Part shown: piece after piece, positions 11,929 to 23,836 of the stretch
How positions within the stretch are numbered: position 1 is the stretch's first letter
Layout: each line of letters opens with the position of its first letter
Assembly: GCA_977862235.1 (NCBI GenBank)
Contig: OZ374565.1
Coordinates: forward strand, 744,001 to 808,000
Direction of reading: 5' to 3'
DNA length: 64,000 bases
Source: Dudresnaya verticillata
Taxonomy: Eukaryota
Notes under the pieces: model-generated
Database searches by the model: none
What the model was told of the DNA's origin: nothing
What the model saw: only the letters and a program-made list of their open reading frames with translations
Position numbers and translations under genes: made by a program

Positions 11929-13619
11929 TTAAAGCGGAATGCCCCGTTTGCGATGGTACCTCGCCACGAGGTTGTGAGGAAGGTTCTCCCGGGGTTCCCA
12001 CGTGTCGTAAGAGGCCGAGCGCTGGTGCCAGCGGATCTTATACCGTGCCGACTCGGGGTCATAGGACATGATCCGATCATAGACGTGCTCCCGCGGAGTA
12101 GGGCGCTGATAGCGCGAGAAGCGGCGCTCCGCTGGCGAAGTCTCAGGCTCTTGCGCAGGGCTTTCGCTCTCAACGGCGGGAGAAGTGGCGTTAGTGGGCC
12201 TCGCCTGTCCCGGCTGCAGTGCGGTCAAGGGCACGGTTCCCGCTTCGATGGGGCCTGGCCCAGTAGCCGGACTCGCCTCCATGATAGTAGGGGCTTCACC
12301 CCGAGCATCCAGCGGCTCGTCAGGGGGAGGCGCTAGCGTTACCCTGTCTAGGGAGACTGATTCCCGTTCGCTCTTGACCTCAAGGACCACAACGTGGGTG
12401 CCACGATCCACCACCTTATATGGGCCTAGCGCCTTAGGAAACAGTTTGCCTTCGCGATCCACGCCATCCACGTCTTTCACCAGAGTCTCGCGCTCTAGGA
12501 ACACCCAGCTTCCAACGCGAATATTCCTGTTCGCAGGGCGGACCCGTCGGTTGAAGTCCGCTTGATAGCGCTTCTGCGCGAGCCTCAGACGGGGTAGAGC
12601 GGTGTCCATCAATCGCTCCAATCGTTCTGATAAGCGTTTCTTGACGTTAGTCGCGGGGACATTAGCAACTTCCACCGTCTCGGGTCGCTCCAGGAACAGG
12701 GAGTTCGGGGATTTGAGATCACCAGATCGAAAGGGGATAGCCCCGTGGCTTTGTGCACCGTGGTATTGTACGCAAACGTGAGTGCGTTAGAAAACTCATC
12801 CCAGTCACGCTGATTCTCAGCGATGAAGTTCCTTAGCCCGGCTAGAATGGTGCGATTAAAGCGTTCGGTCTGGCCGTTACTTTGCGGGTGATAAGTAGAC
12901 GTAAATAGATTACGCACTCGCAGAATGCTGCAAATGTTCATGAAGAACTTCGAGGCAAACTGGGACCCATTGTCCGATAGCACATACCGCGGGGGTCCAT
13001 ATACATAGACCCAGTGGTCGCAGAAGGCCTTAGCGACGGTATAGGCCGTAATCGTCTTGAGCGGAACAGTCCGGGTTAGCTTTGAGAAGCGATCCGTGAT
13101 CACGAGTAAATATTCATTTCCCTTGCTTGACTTGGTCAATGGACCTAAAATGTCGATCCCGACAAACTCCAAAGGAGCCGTGGCGGGGAAGAGCTTGAGA
13201 AACGAAGTATGCTTCCTGAGCTTGACTCGTTCTTTCGCGCACTGGACGCAATTCCGAACGGTTGAGTAGACGGCCAAGGCCATATCTGGCCAATACACTT
13301 GCCGGCGTAGGTTGTGAAACATGCGGGTTCCCCCTGGGTGGCCAGCTAGGGCCGGATAATGGGCCAAATGTAGCACCTTTTCGCGAAGGGTCGCGGGTAT
13401 GAGAACCTGTATGGCTCCATCCACGTAAGCCTTGCGGGCGAGGAGCCCTCGTTCGCCTTCCAAGTAACACCCGGGGCTTCCCATATCAAGGCGCTTCTGC
13501 ACGTCTTGGCAGAACGAGTCTCGTTTTTGCTCTCGGAGCAGCTCCTCTACAGTAACTTGTGAGACGCTGCCCTCGTCAGCTCGCTTCTCCGCCGCGGTGG
13601 CGATGAGTATCTCGTCCAT
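11929..13619 (-). pseudogene. pol: Integrase plus C-terminal chromodomain of element A (one frameshift near 12675)
   Basis: H..GHPG..C..C zinc finger, IDILGP / SDNGSQF / QSNGQTERFN catalytic core, GPY motif, and YKIRW...YDTWEPRENL chromodomain. Confidence 0.95.
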
Positions 13620-13625
13620 TTGACT

Positions 13626-15209
13626 TTAATCCTCGAGGGGTTCGATGTCCCACACCTCTAGGGGCTCTATTTTGGTGGGTTTATCCGTGAACACCATTGT
13701 CTCCGCTGAAGCCATTCGGTCTGGACCGTCTTCCTCTTCGACTATGAAACAAGGTATCTCGAGATCAAGCTCCTTGTGGGTATGACCCCATGTAGGGAGG
13801 CGAGACACCGCGTCGGCAATCTGGTTCTTACGCCCCGTCCGGTATTGGACCGTAAAGTCATATTCCAAAAGGCGAAGCCTCCATCTCGCCAAGCGTCCTG
13901 ATGCGTCAGACATACTCATGATCCAGCGTAACGCTTGATGATCCGTGAAAAGATCGAAGTGAGACCGTTCCAAATAGGGTCGCAATATCTGTACTGCCCA
14001 TACGACGGCGAGACACTCTTTCTCTCCGACTGAGTAGTTTTTCTCCGCTTTCGTTAGCGAACGGCTCCAGAAACCAATAGGGTGCCGATCACCATTCTCA
14101 TCGGTCTGCATCAGGGCACAGCCCACTTGATAGTCGCACGCGTCGGTGTCGACTGATAATTGGCGTCCCACTTGCGGCAGTTGGAGTATGAGCGGAGCCA
14201 CGAGTGCTTTCTTCAGAAGCGAGAAGGAATCTCTTTGTTCCTCGTTGAACATCGGGAGGTTGAAATCCACTGTCTTCTGCAGTAATGCGTTAAGCGGCAC
14301 AGCGACTCTCGCAAAGTTGAGCACGAACCGTCTATAAACGTTGCACAAGCCAAGGAAAGAGCGTAGCTGCGTTTGCGTTTTTGGTTCCCTAAACCCGTCG
14401 ATGGATTGTGTGTTCTTCGAGGCGACCTCCAGGAGGCCAGGGCGGACCACGTGTCCCAGATAATCGACGCTCTTCGCGAAGAAGTTACATTTCTTCAACT
14501 TCAGCGATACTCCTGCGTTCTGGAGCACCTCCAGGATTTCCTTGACGTGAGCAAGGTGCTCTTTGACGCTTTTGGAGAAGATGATGATATCATCCAGATA
14601 TACCAAGCTCGACTTCCATCTGAATCCAGACAGGAGAATGTCGACCGTTCGCTGGAACGTGGCTGGTGCATTACATAGCCCAAAGGGCATGCGGCAAAAT
14701 TGGAAGCATCCAGCGTGACAAGTGAACGCCGTCTTCGGCTGGTCTTCATTGGCGACTGGTATCTGCCAGTAGCCAGAATTAAAATCAAGCGTTGTGAAGA
14801 ATTGGGCATCTCCCAGGGAGTCCAGACACTCGTGCATACGAGGCAAAGGATAAGAATCCTTGATCGTTACTGCATTAAGCTTTCGATAGTCGACGCAAAA
14901 GCGTAAGGAGCCATCAGGCTTATTGCCCAGCACGACTGGGCTCGCGAATTCCGACCGCGCGGGTTGTATGACCCCTGCTTCCAACATCTTGGTTACTTCC
15001 GCTTGTTCAGCCTGTCGAGCTTTGGGACCTGCCCTATAGGGTTGTGAGAAGACGGGTTTCGTCCCTGGCTTGAGCTCGATACGGTGCTCCGTGACTTTGA
15101 TAGTCCCGAGTTTACCACTCCACATTTCCGAGAATGACCGGAGCATCGTGCGTACTCGACGCTGATCCTTTGGTTCCAGATGTGAAAGGTTTAGGTCTTC
15201 GACCGTCAT
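13626..15209 (-). pseudogene. pol: RT-RNase H of element A
   Basis: LRFCVDYRKLN, YLDD, DTDACD, EKECLAVVWA, TDHQAL, ADAVSR. Separated from the integrase ORF by one in-frame TAA. Confidence 0.96.
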
Positions 15210-16285
15210 GTTGGCGACCGAGGCCTTAATGCCTGGTTTAGGATCCGTATCCGGAGAAAAGGCAGCAGCCAGCCCTGCCCCCCCACATCGAGCGACGGCT
15301 CGTCGGGTTCGTGAGGAGTAGATGGGTCGTCCTCGAAGGACAGAGCGTAAACGGGGGTTGTGGACGGAGCCGGAATGGCGTGTCCAATCTTCTGGCGTTT
15401 GGCCAGTCGCTTCGGGCCGCTAGAGAAATTGGCGACCTTGACCCGGAACGGCCGGTTAGGTTGCACGTCGATGATGCCATTTGTGGCAACCAGACCCTGG
15501 CGGTCGTAGAGCCGCTGGAATGAATCCATGAAGTGCACACCTCGCGCCGGGCACGTGACCGTGACCCAGGCTTCTGACGCCGCGGGTATAACAACCGAAT
15601 GTGCCACGCGCAGGTGTCGCGGTTCGGGAGGACCAGTGGGGACCTCTTGTGATTCCGCGGGGCGCGAAGCGCGTGGGAGTCCGCATCGTCGACGTAATAT
15701 CGGGTGTATGGACCCATCACGCAAGACGGCGCGTTGACGCTTGATTCTTAAGTTATCGATATGGTGGTCGATGAAGGTACAACCCAGGATCACATCCACG
15801 GCGAGTGCTTGGACGACGATGAAAGGTTGTCGGACCGTGTAGGTTCCGATTCGAACGTACAGGGAGATAGTCCCTAAGGTAGTTAGTTTGTGCCGTGAGG
15901 CGGAAGTTAGATTCACGATGGACCGGCCAGAAGCGATCTTCTTTTGATCCTCCGAGGAAAGAGCACCAGCTCGTATGAGGTTGGGGCCTGCCCCTGTATC
16001 CAGGACCGAAAGGACGCGAGAGAGTTCGTCAAGAGAGGTCCCAATGGACGCTGCCACTTTATAGTTATATCGCGACAGCGCGCATATGGGATCCTTACAA
16101 TACTCATCAAAAGTGCGACCTCGAGGAAGCCCTAGAGGGCGAGGTAGGATTTTCCTTGGGAGGATGTTTGCGTCGGATGCTGGTTCCGGCCGATCCGGGG
16201 ATGACGGGGACGGGTGTCCGTCCTCGCTCGATCGGTCGGGGGAGCCCGGGTCGCGTAGCAAGAGCTGCGGTTCGACGGGGTCCAA
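15206..16285 (-). pseudogene. pol: Aspartic protease region of element A
   Basis: VLDTGAGPNLI and DVILGCTF motifs. Confidence 0.93.
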
Positions 16286-16296
16286 GGTCCCCCAGT

Positions 16297-19063
16297 CTAG
16301 TTTTTCGGCCCACGGCCGTGTCTTGCTGATGGGGATGCCGGTAAAGGCGGAGGAGGTGGGAATGGTCTGCCACTCGGGCGAGGAGAGCGGGGGTTACTCC
16401 GCGGCCTATCCACAGGATGGTTGAGGGAGTCGGCGAACTGCACCTGGGGACTTGCCGGTAGGGGTGCCCCCTGTTCTCCGGGTGCGTGCTGGCCGTGCCC
16501 TCGTTGAAATGTCGACGTGAATTTTGAGGACCTGGATCCGAGGGACGCATCTCATTCGCGAATGATGGCGAACGGCCCACGATGGACAGCCATTCCCGTT
16601 GCTCCCTGGAGAGTTGGGCTTAATGGTTACGTAGTATCTGTGAGAAGCCACGCTCGTCTGTTCGTGCCAGATATGGACAATTGGGCTTTTTATGCCCGAT
16701 GCCCAGACATTCGAAGCAGATGTCATTCGGCCTATCCTCCACCACTAAACATCCGGGACGCTGTGTGCGAGATGGTTGGGCCCACGAGGGAAGCCTCGGA
16801 TTCTGGTTGGAGAGTACCGCACTGACGGAGTCATAATAGCTGTCCGTAGCATCAGACGGGGCTGGGGACCAGACTCCCGATGTTGTTAGGGACGAATCCG
16901 GCGCTTGGCTATCAATGGCCGCTACCACAGCGTACTCCGAATCGGAGCGAGTCCTTGTAGAGCCACCACTGTCACTTGACGCGACCTCAGTGTTGGGACG
17001 TCCCTGTCTGACCAGTAGCGCCCGTCCGGCCTTCTTGGATTTAACGGAGGACTTTCGTCGCAACATTGAAGTACCAGAGACACGCTCTCGACGACCAGCG
17101 CCCATGAGGGCCCGGTGTGAGTCACCTTGGGCAGTAGCCAGTTCCACATAGTCGGCAAGCTTTGCCGTCCGTGGGTCCAAACCCGAATTGCTCAGTAACG
17201 GCTTTGTGGCCGGCAAGAGTCCACGGATGAACCGGGTAATCAGGTCCTGTTCTGTATACATACCCGCGACCTTTCGAGCCTTATTCTGGAGGCGCCGTGA
17301 GAAGGTCACTTCGTCCTCATCCTCGGCTTGAGCCATACGGTCCATTTCCGAGGCTATCCTCTCGATGTACACGTCCTTCGCATATGTGCGTAGGAGGTAA
17401 TTGACAGCCTCGGGCCACTCGGAGAATCCTCCATTATCATCCCCGGCCACGTCGAAGTTGGCTTCGAACATGTCTCGCGCATCCTTATCCAGGAACTCGG
17501 GAAGCACAAGGATTGCTGCTCCTTCGCTTATCCTGGCTTGGTCCAGTTGGCGCTTCAAAGCGGCTAAGAAGCCAATGATCGCAACTGGATCACTTCCGTC
17601 GAACTTGCGACTCTTCATTACGGACTTGATCCTCTTGATCCTTTCGACGTGTCCTCCGTGACTTCTGGACCCCTGTATTGGTCCAGGTTCAGCAGACGAT
17701 AGCGTCGATAAGAGAGAACCTGAATGAAAGCCGGGTTCTGCGGAGCCAGCTCCTTAACGTCCGAGCGTCTAGGTCCTCGCCAAGAGGGGCGCGATGAACT
17801 CCTCGGTGGGGAACTATCCTTTTCGGAGAACTGCGGCTGACGCCGCTGCGCCGACCGACGTGGTTCATCCCGGTTTCGACGGGATTCAGTCCCTTGACCA
17901 GTACGGCAGGTTTTGCAACCGGAATGCGCCGCGCGCGGGTTGTCCACATCCGAATGGTCGTGTACCGATTCGGCATCGGAGTCTCGCCTAGGCGAATGAC
18001 GTCGCCGGTCTCGAGTGCCCTTTGGCACCGGGTTCCGGCGTCGCTCCACTTCAGGCGATAAGTTCTTCTCAAGAAGGCATAACTGGAGACGAGTCTCGAT
18101 TATATTGACCCGACGCCGTTCGTCAGCTAGCTCCTTCCGTAAGAGCGCAATTGCTCGGTCCTGTTCTACGCACGTGGCGTCATTCCCATCGAGACGAAGG
18201 GCCCGAACTGCTTCGGACGCTTCTTCCCGTGAGAGGTCCACTGCTCGAGTGAGGGACTCAAAATCTCCGTGGATTGTTTTCACCCGCTCCACGAGCGAAT
18301 CTATCCTCGCATCGAGTGATTCCATTTCATCCGCCACTGTCTGTCCTGTATCGGAGTGGCGGATGCGGCCGGTCATTTCCTCTTGACACAAGGTCAGTAT
18401 CCGCTCATCTCGGCGTCCGGCTGACTCATCGATGTAGCGTTTTACACGCGTGAGCGTTTCATCAGCCTGTGCTGCGGCAAGCGGCCTGATTTGGGTCGCT
18501 ACGAGGTGACCAACACCATCAGCGACCATTCAGTGGATCTCCGATTCCGTAAAGCATCGGAAGTCCTCCGAATTGGTATTCGTTCGGGTCGGCTGCCCAT
18601 ATCCAGGCGCCGAGTCGACCTCTGTCGGTGCCGCGTAATCGGTCGATCGTCCACTGGGGAGTCGCCCTGATTCCGGCATCAGTTCTGGACCCTGGTCCTC
18701 ATTCCCATCCACGTGTGTGGATGTTTGCAGTTCTGACCGGGTCATTTTTCCTTCAAACGAGGCCGAATCCCTTCCAGGGTTCGGCATTAAACCGGGAGTA
18801 GTCCCGAGAACCAGGTCGGGCCTCGAACGTCCAACCAATGGCGGTCGTTCGCGGTTTGATCTTGGTTCGGGACCGTCTTCATCGGGGGCGTCGCCGTCGA
18901 TATGGCGTCGCCCCAATCGCCCGTCCGAAGGGCTGCGCCTTAGCGCGGCAGTCCCTGAACGGGTGGTAACGCCCGAGATACGGACTGAGGAAAGACTTCC
19001 GGCACGACTGCCACCACGGCCGATGAGGCTCGGCCTGGTTGTATCGCCATTCGATGTCGGCAT
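16297..19063 (-). pseudogene. gag: gag of element A (disrupted)
   Basis: ORFs 18530-19063 and 17618-18529 (same frame, one TGA) and 16620-17618. Motifs SYRRYRL, FDGSDPVAIIGFL and the CX2CX4HX4C knuckle CFECLGIGHKKPNC. 3' end approximate. Confidence 0.88.
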
Positions 19064-19632
19064 CCTTCCGATGGTATGGGACTAATAACCCGTCCCAAAA
19101 ATAGGTAGTAATTCCGGAAGGGCCGGTGGGTCGATGGGACTTTTCCCGATGCACCAACCGGCGTTCCGTAAGTGTTTCTCGCACGAGACGATGCGTCGAA
19201 GGGGAATCCTTTCCAGCTTGAGAACGGTGCTCGTACGTAAGCCTTGGTAGACTTCAGGGCTACCAGCGATTTCTCCAAGAGGACTCTCCAACTTGTGCGC
19301 TGGCACGGCCTGTACAAAAGGACGGTGTTTTACCAGGATGCACCGATAACCTGTCGAAGCAGTCTTGAGGGGGGCGTCAGTCACGCCCTCAACGGCAACT
19401 TCTAAATGGCCACTAGGGCCGGTTGTAATTCCAAGAATAAACGTGCTCGCCACTGATTTGACGCTACTGAGCGGCTTGAGATGGAGCGTAGAAACCGTCA
19501 ACAGTCCTGACTAGGGTTTCAACACCGGTTGGCCGGGAAACTCGTCCTTGACACGAAACAACATCTTGAGTCTTGTACTCGTTGAGTTAACCAACCAGGG
19601 TTGAGGAAGAAAGGGGAAACCAACCCAGAACA

Positions 19633-19651
19633 CTTCTAGGTCGGGAGACCA
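19633..19651 (-). promoter_or_regulatory. Primer-binding site of element A
   Basis: Minus-strand TGGTCTCCCGACCTAGAAG, 1 nt from the 5' LTR. Confidence 0.9.
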
Positions 19652-19652
19652 A

Positions 19653-20251
19653 TGTAGCACAACGGGTCCAGCCCAGGAAGAGCAAAAAGAACAAAGGACA
19701 CCTGTCCGGAACCGTCGTGCTCACAGGTAGCTCGGATGTGGTAGAGGCTTGGTAGAATGGCGCTAGGCCAGGAAAAAGGAAAGGGAAAAGAGGGACGCGA
19801 CCCGGTATTCCGCAGGGAACCTGCCGTACGGTGACGAGCCTGTAGTTGGCGTCCAAAACAGGAACGGGAAGCGCCCGGAATCCAGAAAATGGCCAAGACC
19901 AAGAAACTCCCTGTAGGGTTCAATCAGGGGTGCCCTGCTATTCAGGGGACCAATAAATAGGGCTTGTGCCCGTGCTAATACTACCTACTACAGTGTACTG
20001 TACACGAATTACATTGAGCAATGGGAGGCGGATCTACGCCCCTGTGGCGGCGTATAATCGGGAAATATCCCAACGCCGCACCAATGATCAGGCGCCAATT
20101 GCGTGTCTGAGGCGCAGATGATTTCGCGCCAGGCGCCAATCACGTGTCGCATCATGGCGCAGTCCAGCAATGCCAGCGCCTTACAGGGCATTGGCCCGTT
20201 ACAACTTACAGCGTCGAGCGCCCACTTGGCGCAAATCGCCGTTATGCCACA
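19653..20251 (-). repeat. 5' LTR of element A (599 bp)
   Basis: Near-identical direct repeat of 7656-8253, next to the PBS. Confidence 0.97.
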
Positions 20252-20256
20252 GGTTC

Positions 20257-20513
20257 GTGCGCAACTTTGCGAAGATCGCGCGTCCTCTGACGAACATGAC
20301 CCGCAAAGACGTTGATGTGGATTTCGACAATCCAAGCGCCGACGCGCGCGAGGCATATGAGACGCTCAGAGCGAAGCTCATATCGCCCCTATCCTAAGGC
20401 TGCCCAAGACGGGCAGACCCTACGTCCTCGACACGGACGCATCGGATTCTCAGATCGGATGCGCCCTACTGCAGGAGCAGGATGACGGCCAGCTACACGC
20501 AGTCAGGTACTGA
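20257..20513 (+). pseudogene. pol: Continuation of element D pol (RT connection and RNase H start), truncated
   Basis: VRNFAKIARPLTNMTRK, then after a frameshift LPKTGRPYVLDTDASDSQIGCALLQEQDDG. Confidence 0.9.
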
Positions 20514-21102
20514 TCCCCTTTCCGTTGAAGCCTTCAATCCGCTGGAGAGAGCGTGGTCCGGTAAGCCGCACTCCAAATAGGACGGGTTCCCAGCAATTTA
20601 CGCAGCTTCGGCGCCAAAACCTAAATGATGCGGCACACCGCTACTGTAGAGACCAACTTCAGCCGCTGATAGGCCATCATATCCTGGGAGGCGGAATGGG
20701 TTACCCAATAAGAACACGCCAAATACGCGTATGGTCGCCGCGATTACAGCATTCACCACTCTACTGTAAACCCCGCCGCCATCCTGCTGGCATAATGCCG
20801 CACTGCTGACGCAACCTCACGCCGCGTGTGGTGCCAAGGAAGCGGATTGATCTCCCAATGGAGGCTTGTCCCATGCCGAGCGGCGCTGACACCGCGCGAG
20901 GGCAAGTCCCCTCATGCCACTACGCTGGAGCTGGGATACATGTATTTTTGCTAGGTCCCAGAGAGGGTTAATTTTAAGTCGCACGTTCGCATAACGTCGT
21001 TGCGTACGCCTTCCTAAGGACAGAGGGCTGAGACTCCAAGACGAATTTATTTCCCGGGCCAGCTGTTCGTACGTCTAAGGCATTAAGCCTGGCATTAGCG
21101 TA

Positions 21103-22300
21103 CTACGAGCTATTCCGAAAGGAATTCAATAGCCTTGTGCTCCCCGAGCGGAGGATTATGCCGAGAATGCGCATGTGTTTCTCTGACTCGGCGCACCTCG
21201 CGCACGATACGCGCTCCATGCCCGCGACGATTTCCGCGGCGTCGACGATCACCGAATCCTTCACTGTCTGATCCAGCAGGGGTTGCACCTCGCTTATCAA
21301 TTTCCATAGGCGAACCTTCGTGCACCCCCTCGCCCTCCGTGCGATCAATCTCATCCTCCTTATGAAGAAGGAGCTCTGTCTTAAAGATGATTTCAGACTA
21401 ACCGGGGCAAGCGTAGAAGGCTGTACTTTCGTATTGGAAATCGTGGGGCAACTCCCACTCGCCTTGATGGGCCTGGTCGCGGAAGATCCACCAGGCGGAG
21501 ACGGCAACGGCGCTCGCATAGACGACGGTTCAACTTCCGAAGGAACTGCCGTAGTTGTGACCATCTAAGCTTGGTTAATAGCGAGCGCCAAAACTAATGC
21601 CCCTGCAGACCTCGCCTGATTAGGCCACGCCCATGCCTTAGCCGCCGAAGCCGATGCCACCCCCGCTGTACAGCTCAAATCAGTCTATCTATCGGGCATA
21701 GAAGCTGCCTCAATGTTATCCTCGCGCGGGATTTTGCTGGCATCAGCCTCGGCGGCTTTACGGGCATCTAAACCCAGGTTGGACCCAATCGCCCCTGGGC
21801 AAAAGCATCTTGACGTTGCGGATGGCCTAGCCCTTTTCAGCTGTTCTTACCAGGTTCAGCCAAGTAGCTTTCGGCTTTTATGCGGCCCAGCGGCGGTAGG
21901 GCCTGTAGATGCGCCGCGAAGCAGGCCCGCTCCACACGGCCTGGAGTCTCGGTCCAATGAGCCTCGTATTCGGCAAACACATCCTCAACCCAGTCCGCAA
22001 GGCTCGACAGGTTCAAACTGCATACATTCCAATGAACGCCCAAGCGGATTTCTAAGCCACGACAGCTGAGGGCATCGCGGATTTCCACATCAGCGTGGTA
22101 ATGATGGGCCACCGGGGTGGCGTACGGACCTTGCGGCTAGCCGTCGACAGTGTCGTCGAAGGGCGGCACCTCCTCAAGGGTTGTCGGAGCTTCATCGCGC
22201 CACCTGGCGCTAACCGAAAAGCGGTTGTAACCGCTGAGATGCTCTCCTTGTCTAACAGGACCGAATCCCCCTCAGAAAGAAGCTCCGGCAGAACATACAT
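21103..22300 (-). pseudogene. C-terminal half of an antisense accessory ORF homologous to 8571-11176 (probably belonging to element D)
   Basis: EEVPPFDDTVDG*PQGPYATPVAH versus A VEVPAYDALTDDQPLGPYAPPVIH; RGLEIRLGVHWNVCSLNLSSLADWVE versus A RGLAVRLHTHWNIQNLTVHSLADWVE; FKTEL...RIVREVRR versus A VKTEL...RIIREVRR. Confidence 0.85.
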
Positions 22301-23725
22301 TTTGATTCGCTCCTTTGTCCGTACTGCCCAGCAAGGTCTTTTTGGGGGGTGTCCTGTACGTTTTGTCCGTACTATATTCTTGCACTGGCAGAAATTGGCG
22401 ATTTAGCCGGATCTGATGGAGGTTAGCCTCCAGGTGCTATATATAGGTTTAGAAATGCATAGATTTGACACCGCTTTTTGGCGCACTGATAGAGATACTA
22501 AAATGTTATCGTCCTAATTAGAACTGAGTTTGTTGAACTCTTAGATGATAGCCTTCGGGATGATAAAAGATCTGAACGTTTTGCAGTGGTACGCAGGAAA
22601 GTAAATGAGCAATAAGGGGCCCGTCTCGGCCGAGCGATAGCGCTTGTTATATGGCCTGGTTCCGTTGTTGCCCTCCGTCCTCACCGAAGGCTGCGTGCTC
22701 TTTCCCTCACCTTGATGGTATCGCTCCGACCCTGCCGCTGCAAAAGTCTCAATGTCTGCTGCTGGGTGACTGCGGTGGCCCCATGCGGTGGTATTGCCAC
22801 ATATGGATACCACGCTTTGGGTTTGAGACCGCGTTGTCCTGTGTCCCGGGATTTCTTGGTAGCCCCTTAATGTCCCCCGTTGCACAGTAGTACGTCCGGT
22901 TGTAGTGTCGTATTGTTTCTGCCACCACGTATCCGGTGTGGGGCTTCCGAAAAAGCTACAAGTAGCAATAAAAGGACTGTGTAAGCCGGATGGTTTATTT
23001 GGAATCAGCCTTACAGTCAAAAAGACGTTTAACCATCCAAGAAATGTTCTGTTTCCGCCGGAACGGCACAGTAGCCCAGATTCGCATCTATAAGTTCAAC
23101 ATAGAGAATTTGTGGCCGCCGTAATTCTTGATACTTTCAGTAGTCTTCGAGTGAACTTGCGGTTGAACTTGAAACAGAAGATCAATGCGCGGAATAGTCT
23201 CCACAACGTCGGACCTCCTCTTCTACAGCTCGCTAATTGTCGCCTGGAACCCCAGTACTGATTGGCGGTAGGGCAGAATAGCGAAATTAGGGTCGTCAAT
23301 TTTCCAACGATGCGTGATCAAGAGATTAACTTGAGGCTGAGGCAACACGACTGCCAACTGTAATTGGTCACCCTATCGAAAATATTAATTAAAAAGATCT
23401 CCGCACAGATTTCTGTCGGTAATACAATCGCCACACAGAGACGTTGAACCATTGTAGAGCGTTCCGACAGCTTCGAAATCATTAACAGCGGTGTAAAGGA
23501 AAATACATCAGGCGTCAATTCCGGCCCTACACCATCTCCCAGGTTTATAGCTTCGCCGGCCTTCTCGATTGTACACGCAAGAGACCGTTTGCGCAGAATT
23601 CGGCTCGCCTTCGCTGCACCTCCAATTTATAACCACTCCGTCCTCATTGTTTTTCAGAGCTGAACATGCAGAGTAAACTAAACATTGCTAGAAAACTGCA
23701 CTGCCACCAACGAAACGCATTAAAA

Positions 23726-23836
23726 ATCGAATGACGAACCTCTCCCAGGCCCGGCCGCAAACGCATCGCACAACGAGGTGTTTTAGGTACGAATAAAACA
23801 TCGAATGACGATCCTCTCCCAGACCCGGCCGCGAAC
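23726..23836. repeat. Two-copy 37-bp direct repeat, period 74 bp
   Basis: ATCGAATGACGAACCTCTCCCAGGCCCGGCCGCAAAC and ATCGAATGACGATCCTCTCCCAGACCCGGCCGCGAAC. Confidence 0.8.

Larger units (their letters stand above)
7656..20251 (-). mobile_element. Element A: full-length chromodomain Ty3/Gypsy retrotransposon (12,596 bp) with an extra antisense ORF
   Basis: Two near-identical LTRs, TSD GGTTC (7651-7655 and 20252-20256), PBS, PPT, and gag-PR-RT-RH-INT-chromo order on the minus strand. Confidence 0.97.
1372..22300 (+). mobile_element. Element D: Ty3/Gypsy LTR retrotransposon, interrupted by a solo LTR and by element A; integrase region and 3' LTR missing
   Basis: 5' LTR and PBS, then gag, protease and RT. 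RT/RNase H resumes exactly after element A (NVYRRF|VRNFAKIARPL). Right boundary is approximate, and assigning 20514-22300 to D is inferred. Confidence 0.75.

Noticed and set aside
13620..18532. In-frame stops in A (18530-18532, 16620-16622, 13626-13628) as programmed read-through
   Set aside because: They are not shared with B, C or D at equivalent positions, so ordinary decay or assembly error is simpler.
20827..20840. TGTGGTGCC preceded by GCCGCG, like the junction at 1366-1376, as the 3' LTR of D
   Set aside because: The following sequence does not resemble LTR 1372-2218 and there is no PPT before it.
23726..23836. 37-bp repeat, 37-bp spacer, 37-bp repeat resembling a CRISPR unit
   Set aside because: Only two imperfect copies, no cas genes, and a eukaryotic TE context.
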